DNA of 64,000 bases. Source: Marsupella aquatica (lineage: Eukaryota > Plantae > Marchantiophyta). The notes below the pieces were generated by a model. That model saw only the letters and a program-made list of their open reading frames with translations. It was not told where the DNA came from and ran no database searches. Within the stretch, counting starts at the first letter, position 1, and every line of letters begins with the position of its first letter. Shown here piece after piece: positions 49,376 to 61,792 of the stretch. The DNA lies in the NCBI GenBank assembly GCA_973895155.1, contig OZ316895.1, positions 334,107 to 398,106 on the forward strand, written 5' to 3'. A program made the position numbers and the translations under genes.

Positions 49376-52300
49376 ACGTTGGCATCGTATAATATAGAAA
49401 AGCCACCAGTGTATACTGATGAAAAATGCGGCAATTTCTATTAACGTGCGCTACTGCTGCACACGGAAAGTATATTACCAAGAACTCCTTCCGTTCAACT
49501 TGGAATGTTTGTTTTGGCATTCTGCAATTTTTTTGGAGCATCTTCAAGTCCTGAGTTGGGGTGCCCGTGTTGGGGTGCTCCTTGCGAAGGATCTCAGCAA
49601 TTTAGACGATTTATCGATAGATAGAAACATGTATACTTATTGCTGATTTGGGGCACTTGGCGGTCGAGGACGGAGGGGTAACTGCCCCTTGCTAGTCGAA
49701 ATGTTAGTAGTAGTGTAGGGAAATTAGTCGGGGCCATTCATGTCCCTTCAGTATGTGTCAATTGTACATTATTTTTATCATGACATGTACCACATCGAGT
49801 ACTTGGGCAACCTGCCTCTGCAATAAACAGTTGAGCAGGCTGTTGAGCTTAACAATTTTCTCCTTGTCGACGCCTGAACTATGCTATCGTTCAATGGTCG
49901 TTCAACAGATTGTGAATGAAATTTCGGAGCATTGAAACAGCTACAGCACTGATCTTAAGTCATGATCCTGAACTTTTAATTTCGAGATTGGGATAACCAT
50001 GTTATCAGTCATTAGATTGCTAGTAGAGTTTGTGGAGTTGCAAAATACTCGCATTGTGTTTGGGGATGCTACTGTGGAGAGCTCTATCGATCTATTTCCA
50101 ATCATTGGCACGGAACTATCAAGCTCGATTGTTTTGCCTGTGCTGAATGTGACCGAAATTTGATCTCATGCGTTTTTGCTTCGCCTAGCCTACTGTTTGG
50201 GTCGTAATGCCCAGGTATCAAGGTAAGGGAATGAATGTATGTGAAGTCCACGCGGGTCCAAGGGGACCAAGATTGTCTTTCAAGAATCAAGGTCACCACA
50301 AAAGCTTGTAGCCCATGTAGGGACTCGCTAGTCAGCAGAATGATGGTCGATCGGTAACTTAGTGCGATGGTGAACAGGTATGAGAGTGTCGGAGCTCGTA
50401 ATGCCAGTACTAAAGCAGTTTCAAATGTGAGTACAGTAGTTAAGGCAATCAATTGCTTTGTACTCCGGTAGTTTGTAATTTCACACCAGTTAGGAATTCT
50501 CTTAAAAAGGAGGAGAATTCAGGGCGAATTTTTCACTCAGTCGCATCTCGGAAGTGTAGTGCGGTCAATTTATGGCGACTGTTGTGCAATCAGTTGGAGA
50601 ATTCAATTCTACGGCAAATTGCAATTCAATAGGCAGAGGCGCCCTTTAGTAATAATGCAATCGTTATAATGAATCGTTATCATGAATCGTTATCATGAAT
50701 CGTCTATTACTGAACGGGATTGATTCCACGTAAATTGCACGGCACCTACACTATTGCGCCTCAAATGTTGAAATGGGATTTATTTCTAGGGAAAATTAGT
50801 ATCAGATGAGACAAAGACGTCCTCAATGAAGAACAGCAATTTTTTTTGCCTTGAAAAACCAAAGAATGCCATTCAAGTGGTCAGAATACAAAAATGGGGC
50901 CTCGAAACGGGACCACCCACGGGCACCTAAGCAATGTGCTAAAGCCGGAAGAGCCGGAACTAGGCAAGAAGACTGAGCTTCCAAGAAGGCTACCAAACAA
51001 GAGATTTGGAAACTACCAAAGCAGCAGCACACTCCCAAAGACCAAGACCCAAAGACCAAGACCGGGCAGTGAAGAACAGCAATTGCCATCGCGGCATCTA
51101 CGGCACTACTATACCTCAGTTGCTGTACCACTTGGGCTTGTCACGAACAGAGATGCCTGGCCTAATGTTATGAATCAACTTATAACATTCACTGCAAAAG
51201 AGAAACATAACACCAAAGATTGCCTACGCTAAGAAGTGATTGTCGCCAAGTATGTTCGCCATGTTTATCCGAAATGACGGATAAACCTAGTCGGATTTGG
51301 TTTACATTTGAGGAGCGTAAGCCACAATTTTTTGTGACAGACTTGAAGGTTTTCATTTGCCATTTTGTACAGAGTGAACAGAGTCGCTTTGTGTTGTATG
51401 GACAAACCAGAGGCAGACCATTTCCCCATTGTGTGTGCCACGTGTTTTATGTAATGTGAGTTTTGATATGTAGTCATGCGGCTAGGGTGATAGTGCCACA
51501 CCTTGTGGTGTGCTCGGATGTTTTCAGTATTTAGTGGCAAATAGGTGCAAGGGGGGATATAGAACTCAATCTACAAGTTGTGTAACTAAGTAAAAATCAC
51601 ACAAGGTAGCAATTGGGTCCGGAGTAGTGAAGTAGGAGAAGTAGCTCTATGTCCCAAGGAGAGAAGTTAGATAGACAACAAAAGAAAGGTTGGGTTGTCT
51701 TTGCATTGTGCACACTTTTTTTTTAATCAAGAGACATGAATTTGATTTCATAACAAAAGGTTGGGTTGCATTTGCATTGTGCACACCTCTTTTCTGTCAA
51801 GAGACATGAATTCAATTGAACGACTAAAACTTTGTGTGATTTTCTTCTTTTGTGATTGATATTTTGATGGTTCGGTTCCCCTAGTGTGTTTACTAGCACT
51901 ACAACTTGAGGTTTTTGCAGATTGGGGGGGAGTGTGTGGGAGATTGCAGGGAGAGTTGTGACAGCACTCAACTTAGACCAGAGATAGAGAACGGTGTAGG
52001 GTAGTCTACAAGACTTGATCAATAACTGTGAGGTAGAGTAATTGGTAGACTTGACAAAAAAACACATTTTCAAGAGCAAAATGAATATACTCATTTTGAA
52101 TATGCAATACAAATAGCATCCCTAATCGTCCCCATAATACAATACAAACAATCTTATTGGGAAAGAGATGAATACTTTACGGAAATTGTTTGTTAAGTAG
52201 CTGACAAAAACCTTCTAAAATGCACATTAAAAATAGCGCTATTTTTCATTTGGTCGTCATTTTCTAATCCTCATGGAGAATCATCATTTAATGCTCTACA

Positions 52301-53360
52301 TTTATTTGAAAAATATAGAGACTTTACAAATGACGGTCTTATTTTTTACCTTACATAGTCCATTTTATTATGTATAAGCTAGTACATGTATATTCAAACA
52401 TTTTGTGAGAAATTTGTGTATATACAAGATAAATTTTGAAATCTCAATTTTCTTGCCACTCACTAAATTTCTTTGGCAGAATTTTCTGTCTTGAAGGGAT
52501 TCAATTGCACTTAAGGCACACATTGGTAAGTCAGGGGCTCCTTTTTTTCAATTGGAAAGATTAAAAGAGCCTTGATTCTCCTTTGAGGACTCCCTTGTCT
52601 TCCTCCATTTTTAATTATTTTTTTGGTACCTGTCTCTGCCTTTTGCCATAATTTTGTTGTGTTTTTATGTTCATAGAACAAGAAAGAGGATAAAATTTCT
52701 TCTCCGTAGCAGTGGAGGGCCATTCAAATCTCATGGATCGAAGATTAAATCCTAGCCATCCATTTTGTAGAGAAGTTGAAGTCTCTCAATTGCAGCACAA
52801 ATCAGTGGATAGGAACTAAAAGAGAGACCCAAGGGTCCATAAGGACAACAGGCAGGATCCTAGCCATTCCCTTTTTTTTTTTGCCTTGAAAGCAGAAAAC
52901 AGACCCATACTATTCTCTGTATGGTAGCCACAGGAGTCTTATATTACTCTAAGTAATTAAAAATCATTATTGAATTACTTGTTATATAGTCATAAAAATG
53001 TTTGCATTTAAATACAAACCTGTATCCATCTTTTCCCTACATCTTTTCAATATTAATTATTCAAATGCCTTTCTCGACTACATATTGGGAGTCATTTTTA
53101 ATCACCTGTGACTTTAATGACCAAAAGCATTTAGGTGTGCACAAATGACTGAATGCCCTAATAGACTGGCCATTTTTCTGAGTATTAGCCTCGCCATGGG
53201 CATGTATTGTTGCTGATATTGGATTGATTGGGCGATGAAGTCGGTTGTAATTGCACTATCCAGCTTGCTTTCAAGCCACTGATGAGTAAGAGGACTGAAG
53301 TCCACCTTTGCGAGTACAATATACGAGCCTGACAAAAATTCAAGCTAGACTTAATTGTGT

Positions 53361-53502
53361 AAAGTCCACTGCCGCTTAGTTTTAATTGTCATAAAAATGT
53401 CCATATATTCATCTAGGCCTAGTTCTGGATATATTAGTAAAGTTTGTAGATGAATACATGTACATTCTCATGACTATTAAAACTAAGCCGGCAGTAGACT
53501 TT
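53361..53502. mobile_element. Hairpin MITE-like element, ~55-bp inverted arms with ~30-bp loop
   Basis: Left arm aaagtccactgccgcttagttttaattgtcataaaaatgtccatatattcatcta; reverse complement of right arm aaagtctactgccggcttagttttaatagtcatgagaatgtacatgtattcatcta. Confidence 0.75.
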
Positions 53503-55122
53503 CCCGTAATTTCATTGTCACAGAGAAAGGCTGAAATGAACGTCAGATTGTGGGTTCAATCTGGCTATTTGCAAAAGATTTGAGCTCAGATTAGGGCTCG
53601 TTCTGTTCAAAATACGGATAGGATTGGGACTAGGACCGAGATACAGTTGGGTAGTTGTCTTTGCACGATTACTGCCAATCCTCGCCTTCAGATTCTTCCG
53701 AGGACTTTGTGCTCTCTGGAAACGGTAGTGGAAGCACAGCACCTCAAACTGATGGCATTACAATGAAGAACTCAGCATGTGCATTTTGAATTAGATCTAT
53801 CATGCTTCCGGCTCCAATGTACTTAAAAACATTATTTTTTCTCGCAGAAATTCTTGTGGTAACTCCCAATTGCAGTGCAAATCTCCTCTCCTGTTGATCG
53901 CTTAGGATTCAGGGTTTAGATGCCCTATCATATTTGAATTGCAATGCAGTTCAGCAGCTCAATTGGGATGTCAAACAGGAAACACAATCCTGAAAGCTAG
54001 TAAGATTGAATTTCACGTCACATAATTTGCCACGAAACATCTGCTATATGGGCTGTATTTGTGCTCTATTGCATCAGAGTCACAGAAATTAAACAAGAAA
54101 AGCGAGACCAGGATTCAGTCAATTTATAGGTAGTGACACTCTCGAAGTGTTGGGTAAAGACCATGCAACCAGTTTATGTATGGGACAGACAAGTGGTGGG
54201 ATTTTCCGAAATTCGGCAGGCATGACATATGCCGAGATTGAACCACATCTGAGGCACAAGCTGTGAGAAAACATTCGCTTGGTTCATTTAATCTGACTGC
54301 CCCCATGAGGAGTTCTCAAAGGGACCCCTCCTCCTGTCTGTAGTGCAGTTTGCTTTTGGCATCGCAAGGGTGTGAATAGATTTTGCTAAGTCATAGTTTT
54401 GTCCAAAGACAATCAGATAGTCCTTTTCAACTTTATTCCAGACTGATCTCGGAAAATTTTTAAGCTATCAAATATGCCTAGTTGAAGGGCAAGAGATACA
54501 CATGAAGATACCCACGAAGAGCAGACTAGAATGGGGGTGGCCAGAGGCACAGGTTAGTTTCCTCTGATTAGAATACATAATATGTCCTAATGAATCGATA
54601 ATGATTTTTCCTCCAGTCTTTGGGATGAAGGCGCAGCCTCGCAAGACGCCAATCGTAATAGAGTGAATGTGCCCCAGGACACCTTAACCTGTGTGCGGGT
54701 CTACCAAGAACTTGGGAGGAGAATGGATAGTAAGTGCATCAGCTTGCCATACCGGGAGAGAAAATTGGACACTTCATAAAATTCAGTTTTACACAGCGAA
54801 CTCTCCGCAAAGTTTCGCCACCAAATCTGTAGTACTGTCCAGTTGCTGGACAGTCTAATCTCCATCCTAAATCTCACTTCCTGTGAGCTTGGCCCACCAC
54901 ATAGATTTCAGGTTTCTCCTTCCTAACGATAATCTAAAATACATCGGAGCTTGGCATACCGCGCTCAACTACTGGTTTCAGGATTTTTCTTTTCAGAGTT
55001 GATCTCAAGATAAGCTTGCAAAACCACGCCTGAACTTGTAATCCTGGACGCCGTGATCTAAGTCAGGGTTCATCTATGACATTAAGGGGATAAAAGAATC
55101 TTGGCCAGTGAAAGAAACCTAT

Positions 55123-58029
55123 CTAGCTACGATAGCTATGTTTAACTTGCTCATCACCCTGTAGTGCCTGTGCAAGGTGTGCAAAGCACGGTTCTTGCTG
55201 AGAGTGGGTACTGAGCAAAGCAATGAGTTCCTTCAACTGCGTCTGGAATTCTTCATCAATTCTTCCTAAAGTTGCCTTGAAGTTGGATTCGTCCTCTGGT
55301 TTCCAGCGCGTAACTCGTTGACGTTTTAACCGCTGCCTTGACTTTTTTTTTACACGGGGATCTGCTCTAATCGGACTCGAGTCTATCGAAAACGGATCAT
55401 CAGAAGGCACATTCATTGATGGTATCAGCCATTGTGTGGTGGTGGCATACTGTTGACAGATGCCGTTCAAAGACTCCACCTTCTTCAATATGCGTGGCCA
55501 CAACAACATGCACTCTAGGAGGCATTTGTCCAAAAACGTATCATGTTGTTGGATGATCTCGTCCACACTTTTAGCGCTTTGTATCTTCATTTCCATTATA
55601 TGCCAGTTTGGCTCTAGAACCTCAAATGTCATGTAGTGCTCAGTGCTTTGCAAGAAATGAAGCATTCGCTGGCACAAAACGTACGAGCGTGTGATTGCCG
55701 TTCCAATGAAGCTGAGATGCCTTGTTGCCTGATGAGCTTGCCAAGTCATGCACAGCTGCCTTTCAACGTGCTTGAAATGAAACAGGTGCCTGAAAATCAG
55801 CTGATGCTTGGTCAAAGCTTTCCTCGATATAACAAGTGACACAGGCCAGCGGACCTTGTAGTCAAGGGTAAACGTCTCAATACCTGTAATGGTAGCAGAT
55901 ATTCCCTGATTTCCAAAGATCGATAATGACATATCTCCATTCCCCACAAACGGTTCAAGCATCCCGTTACGATCAGTGTTGCCAACTCCAAATGTCATCG
56001 TATCTTGTAGTTGAGAAATCAGAGTCGTTTTTTCCAAGTTGCAGATGAGGTCTTCGTGATAAGGGTCAGATGCTGAAACAGATGTCCGTAGAGCTAATTC
56101 CAAGAGAGACTGCAGTTTCTCCACGGTGATGTTTGTACTCCTTTTAAGGAGCTCATCCTTTGCTATGTCCATGAAATGCACAAGGAAATCCCCCTGATCC
56201 ATGAAAAAGTAATGCTTGACTGAGCGCAGCCTGCCCATCAAGTCGAACTTATTGACAATGAGGTTCACCAACTCGGCGCTTGCATGATCGTATGCCACAT
56301 TGATTCGTTCCAAGTATGGACGCTCTGTTCCAGGAACCGTTGCATGTGCAACGTTTGTAAACGGGATCTTCAAGGTGCATTCGCATTCCCGTACAGCATT
56401 TAAGTATTTTCCCGCAGTGAGGATAGTTCCAGCAAACCCGCTCAGAAAACCAGGAACATCTTGCCCAAGACTGTAGCGCTGGTGCCAGTATGTTGCATGG
56501 TAGTCCTGACTCAAGCTCTCCTTCTGCAAAGCCTTGTTTTCATCGATCAGAAACTCACCATACGGGTCATCGATCACTCCTTCTGACACCCACTTCTCAA
56601 GAATTCCAAAATATGGTACACTTGCTGCCTGTGTAAGCTTTTGAAGCAATGCTCTTCCTGAACTATCACCTGCCATCGCTTTCGCCTGACTTTGGAGTAG
56701 GTTCAGAATTGCAGCCCCCGTTAGATTCTTGGCAGCTGCCTTCTGCACTACTGCTGCAAGGGCTTGCATAAGACCCATCATAGGCTGGCAGAAGAACCAT
56801 AAACCCTGAAGTGAGAGCCTTGCTTTGTGGAACTGATGCTCTAGCTGAGCAACCATAGCATAGTAATCTTGTAAAATAGCTCTCAAAGCTGCAGCAAATG
56901 CATGATTTACCAGCCCATATTGGAAGTGTCTCCGAGACTCAGCAAATTGACTGACACTGATGTAATTTTCACATAGTGGCAACACCCTTTTAGCCAGGTC
57001 TTGTAGAGAGGAGTCCATCGTGGGATCCACATATAGCGACAATGAGTTCTCCTTTGCCCTACCCCTTCTTACTCTCAGATAATTCCCTTCAATGCCAACC
57101 ATCATAAACAACAAATTGTCGAGAACAAGGAGCTCCTGGACAGCTGGTGAGTACCCACCAAGAGACCTATTGGCGTCAGCATTGGTTATCAAATCTCGTC
57201 CAAACGAGTTCCGCCGGCTTGTAATTAGTGAAAGCGTTGGGATGATGATATCCTGCTGATACAGATGCTTACCCGTCAAGTAAGGTCTCTCAAGATCCCA
57301 TTGAGGAGTCCCAGGATACGAAACCCCTTCTATCAGTGGCTTAGGAACTCCAAGCACCCTTTTCCCAAATGCCATCCTTGGTGCGGGCTCTGGCTTGCTT
57401 CCACTGCCCTGTTGATCATCCAGGGTAAGATCCTGCATCTGCCACGTAGCCCTATCTTGCGATTCAGTCAATCCAACTTTCTGATTCGGTGCGGTCGTCA
57501 TGTCAACTCTCTTGGCCGGTGAGACAGCTTCGCCTTCTGCTGCTGGCGTGGGTTGAGCTTGTGTTTGAGCTTGTGTTTGAGCTGGTTGAGCGGGTGGTTG
57601 AGCTGGTTGAGCTGGTTGAGCAGAATTTGATGAAGAAGAGAAAGGAGAAACAGAGGAGGGTTCAGCGGAAGAAGCACCACTAGGCTGAATAGACACCAAT
57701 TTCTTGACATCAGGGTCAGCGATAATTTGACCAACCAGCCAAATGTAGCGGTCAATCCCTTGCACTCCTGTGTCCTTCAGTTGCTCAATTTTTTCCATGA
57801 GCTTCTGAGGATAGGGCGAAACAGCAAGAAGGGCGCGCTGTTCTTGGAGCAGCTTCATCTTCGGTACATTTTGAGCTGAGGCCTTCTTCAGCGAGGGGAT
57901 GAACTCCCCGGACTCCGTGACCAAATGCTCATGGAATATTGCCCCAGACTCAGAGCTCTTCTTGATGACGCTGATCAACTCCCGTAGCAATTCTTGCGTC
58001 CTCGTCATGTTCCACTTCTGCCGCTCCAT
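55123..58029 (-). CDS. GCP2: Gamma-tubulin complex component 2 (Spc97/98 family), single coding exon, 968 aa
   Basis: QELLVLDNLLFMMVGIEGNY, YGLVNHAFAAALR, LQGLWFFCQP, GVIDDPYGEF, LRSVKHYFFMDQGDF, LDYKVRWPVSLVISRK, FEVLEPNW; C-terminal AHLAQ as in plant GCP2. Confidence 0.95.
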   Translation of the reverse strand: MERQKWNMTRTQELLRELISVIKKSSESGAIFHEHLVTESGEFIPSLKKASAQNVPKMKLLQEQRALLAVSPYPQKLMEKIEQLKDTGVQGIDRYIWLVGQIIADPDVKKLVSIQPSGASSAEPSSVSPFSSSSNSAQPAQPAQPPAQPAQTQAQTQAQPTPAAEGEAVSPAKRVDMTTAPNQKVGLTESQDRATWQMQDLTLDDQQGSGSKPEPAPRMAFGKRVLGVPKPLIEGVSYPGTPQWDLERPYLTGKHLYQQDIIIPTLSLITSRRNSFGRDLITNADANRSLGGYSPAVQELLVLDNLLFMMVGIEGNYLRVRRGRAKENSLSLYVDPTMDSSLQDLAKRVLPLCENYISVSQFAESRRHFQYGLVNHAFAAALRAILQDYYAMVAQLEHQFHKARLSLQGLWFFCQPMMGLMQALAAVVQKAAAKNLTGAAILNLLQSQAKAMAGDSSGRALLQKLTQAASVPYFGILEKWVSEGVIDDPYGEFLIDENKALQKESLSQDYHATYWHQRYSLGQDVPGFLSGFAGTILTAGKYLNAVRECECTLKIPFTNVAHATVPGTERPYLERINVAYDHASAELVNLIVNKFDLMGRLRSVKHYFFMDQGDFLVHFMDIAKDELLKRSTNITVEKLQSLLELALRTSVSASDPYHEDLICNLEKTTLISQLQDTMTFGVGNTDRNGMLEPFVGNGDMSLSIFGNQGISATITGIETFTLDYKVRWPVSLVISRKALTKHQLIFRHLFHFKHVERQLCMTWQAHQATRHLSFIGTAITRSYVLCQRMLHFLQSTEHYMTFEVLEPNWHIMEMKIQSAKSVDEIIQQHDTFLDKCLLECMLLWPRILKKVESLNGICQQYATTTQWLIPSMNVPSDDPFSIDSSPIRADPRVKKKSRQRLKRQRVTRWKPEDESNFKATLGRIDEEFQTQLKELIALLSTHSQQEPCFAHLAQALQGDEQVKHSYRS

Positions 58030-58417
58030 CGTTCCTCTCTATCTGTCAACAAACAAAAACAACACTATATGGAACTCGAATTTTCCTAAGGACGGGAGGG
58101 ATTGTTAGCGATACCGTGTCGAGGTCCCCGAGGTGGAACGGTGTAATAAGAGCTTCTCTCCGTCTTTTGGCAGCAGAAGGCAATGCGCCAGTCCCATGAC
58201 GCCTCCCACAGCACCGGCCGACCTCCTCCAACGCATTGCCATGCGCTTTCAAATGTCGTTCGCGGTCGATTATTCCCCTTCCCTTCCCATTTCTTCGCTG
58301 CACTACTTCAACACCAACAAGACCAACCAACAGCGACCATAGGTGATTGAAGCTTTCAGCAGAAGTCGGCATTCAAACGACGCTGCAATGCGATCGAGAG
58401 GGAGGGGACGAGGGAAA

Positions 58418-58470
58418 GAATGGAATGGAATAATGGAATGGAATGGAATGGAATGGAAAAGAAAGGAATG
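58418..58470. repeat. (TGGAA)n microsatellite in the putative GCP2 5' leader
   Basis: aatggaatggaataatggaatggaatggaatggaatggaa. Confidence 0.8.
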
Positions 58471-60248
58471 CAACGCAGGCAGCGTGGTACACACCACCAG
58501 TGCTACCGGCGTGGTGACAGCAGTAGGGCGTCTCAACCCTGCGCGTTACAGGACTCCTTCCGGTCACCCGGATGTCTCTGGTCGCCGCCCGATATTGACC
58601 ACCGGTACCCAAAATCGGGTCCCAAAAAACCGGGGGTCTGAACTAGGGCGTCTCAAACTTAAGCATTTGGAATTCCGAATGGCACCCGGGATTTCACAGT
58701 CGCGGGCCGCCCGGATCAGGTGGTCGGCCCACCGATTTGGTGACCGAAAAGTTTTTACCGGGTTTTTTTGGTCACCCGGTCGTCCGCTATGGACTAACCC
58801 TGGGTTGGATAGGCAGGTGGCAACTAACTGAAGCAGCAGACGAGGGCGACTCGAGAATCAAAACCGAACTAGGTGGAGCACTAGACGGGACGAACACGAG
58901 AAACGAACACGAACGCGAGACTAGCCCAGACGGGACAACTGCTAAGAAACAAACACGAACTCGACATTCAACTCGAGGGCCTCCACTTTTCGTATGATTG
59001 CGTGGATCAGTCTGTTTCTGTGCTCTCGATTCGGATGCAGAAAGCAGGAGGACGAGGAGGAGCAGCAGCAAACCTCTCTGTCGCGGGTTCTCTATCGCAA
59101 TTCTGCGTCAAGGGAAAGGATTCTGGCTGTGAATCCGGGAGCTATGGAATTCGAGGATCCATGAGCAGGAGGAGAGCGATTCTAGTTGCTGGAAAGGTTT
59201 AGGGCGTGATGGTGGCCGGTCGATGACAGAGTGATCGTTGTGATGTCGAATTTGGAATGACTGCTCCACCAGGTGAGAGATAATTTCGAGGGCTGCAGGG
59301 GATTAAGGGGTTTCTCGGTTGCGTGAATCCCCTTCGAGTGTTTGAAGAATAATCTATCCAGGGGATCTAGTTTCCTGTCTCTTTCGATGAAGTTTCTTGT
59401 CTCTTCCGATGAAGTTTCCGCCCTCTGTGTAGTGGTTTGCTCTTCAAATTGCCTGCATAAATGTATGCTTGAAATTTCTGGAGAAATGAACCTTAATGGC
59501 AGCTTTACGATGGGCCGTATGTGCTAAACTTTCCACGCCTGTTCAATTTCTTTGTGCGCAGACGTTAAGGCGGGTTGAGAGTGAGCGATACAAGTGCTGG
59601 TCTGCCCGAATAGATTGAGATTTTCGTCGTCGTTGAGCTGAGATTACATTAGCTGTGGTGATCAAAGATGGCGACAGAGAGAGCAGCAAGATGCTTTTGC
59701 AACCACGGCCACGGGCGCGCCTATCACCTTCGAGCGCCCTCTTCCCACCGAGCTCAAGTTTGCAAAGTCATGTAAGTAGAGCTTTTCTTTGGCAAAGTTA
59801 TTCGAGTTTGAACCTCGTTGTATCATTTTGCATTAATGTCTGCAAGTTAATTAATTAGCCCTTAGATTAGACAGACAAACATGTGTCCCTAAGATGTTTT
59901 TCTCATAATGAAATTTATGAGTGAGACGAGTAGCAACATGTACCTGGCTGATGTCGAGCATTAAATTCAAGTTAATTTTAAAATGGTCCTTAGACTGGTA
60001 CTGCTCCATCTGCAGTAGCTAGTGGAACTTCATGACGATCATCTACGCGTTGCCTTCTGGACAAGAGGAGCGTCTAGGGGGGTACCTCACTTGATCCTCA
60101 TTTTACCACATTATCGAAATTACATCACCGAAAGCTAGAGCCCAGGGTAGAAGGTCAAGACTGTAAGCAAACAAGGAACATCCTAGTTTAATTGGGTAAT
60201 GACAATGTCCTATCGTGAATTGTGTTTGCAGTAACTTGATCTGACACT

Positions 60249-61792
60249 ATGCCTCGAGTTTCACAACGACAAATACAGCTCAGGGCTGTAAAACAGAAAC
60301 TTGAGCTTAACATTGCCCTCCTCAGCGACAGTGATGAGTCTGACGAAGGTGAGAAGGTGTTTCATAAGATGCCTGGACAACTGAAGTGTGCAGGGATTGG
60401 AAATTTCAGTAATGAACTGTCTGATGATAGTTGCCTCCAGCTTGATTCATCTGGAGACAGTGACCATGACGAGTATGACCAAGACGACACAAGACCTGAG
60501 GACTTGCTAGAGTTGTATTTTGTGCTATATAACACCAGGTATTTCATGCCTCGTCATGTGAGTCTGAAGTCCAATGACTTTGCCACTCAATTCTTCCATA
60601 ACCTGCCAGAACTACTTTTCAGGCAACTTACAAGGATGAATAAGAATTCCTTTTTCCATTTGCTTGACTTGGTATCGACTCATCCAGTCTTTCAGAACAG
60701 GTCCCAATTTGAGCAAGCTCCTATAGTCAGGCAAATGGCAGTTTGCCTTGACCGTCTTGGGCATGATGGTAACGGGGCTTGTCTTAACCATATGATCCCT
60801 ACCTGGGGTGTAAGTACCGGTTCTTTGGTGAATTTTTCGAAACGATGCTTCTGTGCACTTGAATCTGTTCTTGCAGACCAGATCCAATGGCCAACTAGGG
60901 ATGAGCGTCTTCAGCTGAGTGATGGTTTTGCCAGACTTGGATTCCCTGGATGCATTGGTCTCATAGATGGGTCTCTCCTACCTCTTGCACAAAGACCTGC
61001 TCTCCATGGTGAGTGCTATTACGACAGGAAGTCCAGGTACTCAGTTAATGCTCAAGTGGTTTGTGACAATCGACGCAAAATCCTCTTCATGTTTACAGGT
61101 CTGTGTTGCTCCTCACTTCATAACCAGTGCTTGTATTCTGTCACTGGCATGCTCTTTAACCATTCAATTCCGCTTAGCGTTTAATGTCTTTATCTTGACT
61201 TTGTTACAAATCACTCCTTACAGGAATGCCAGGCTCCTGTAGTGACCTCACATGTGTGAAACGCTCCCCACTATTCCAGTACTGCAATGGAGTTGGTGGA
61301 ACACTTCTTTTCGATGAAAATCAGTACCTGCTAGGTGACAGTGGGTACCAAGCTCTTCCCCACTTGGTCTGCGCTTTTAAAAGGTCTGACTTCTGTCAAG
61401 ACAAGGAGGACTTCAATACTTGCATTGCAAAGTGCCGGGTCACAAATGAGCACTGTATAGGGGTACTAAAATCCCGTTGGCATTCACTGAAGGAGGTCCG
61501 CACTCAATTGAACAAGAGTAAGGACTCTCTCTGGATGATACGGTGGGTTTCCTTGTGTGGCAAACTGCATAATTACGTTATGAGCATGAACGACGAATGG
61601 TCTGAATCTGACATGGAAGAGGATAATTGTGATGAGCCCCCAGCTGTAGTGGAGGAGGCAGACATAGTCCCAGACCCTGCACGTTCCTCAAGGCGGAGAA
61701 CTGCTGAGGCTGGTCACGCTATTTTACTCAGGGTTATGGACGATGCTCTCACATTCTACCGCCAACCAGGAGGATTTTTGCACCATGACTGA
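60249..61792 (+). CDS. Harbinger-type DDE transposase (DDE_Tnp_4/HARBI1-like), two exons, ~472 aa, apparently intact
   Basis: Exon 1 60249-61098, GT-AG intron 61099-61223, exon 2 61224-61792; splicing restores TGMPGSCSD (the GWPGSxHD-type motif). Catalytic GCIGLIDGS, YLLGDSGY, RVTNEHCIGVLKSRWHSL, LHNY; no stops or frameshifts. Confidence 0.88.

Noticed and set aside
49675-49696. aggggtaactgcccct hairpin followed by CTAG as a Helitron end
   Set aside because: The spacer to CTAG is only ~2 nt, too short for the canonical arrangement.
50820-51560. Cys/His-containing broken frames as a possible RING-finger relic
   Set aside because: Ligand spacing could not be reconstructed; too degenerate to call.
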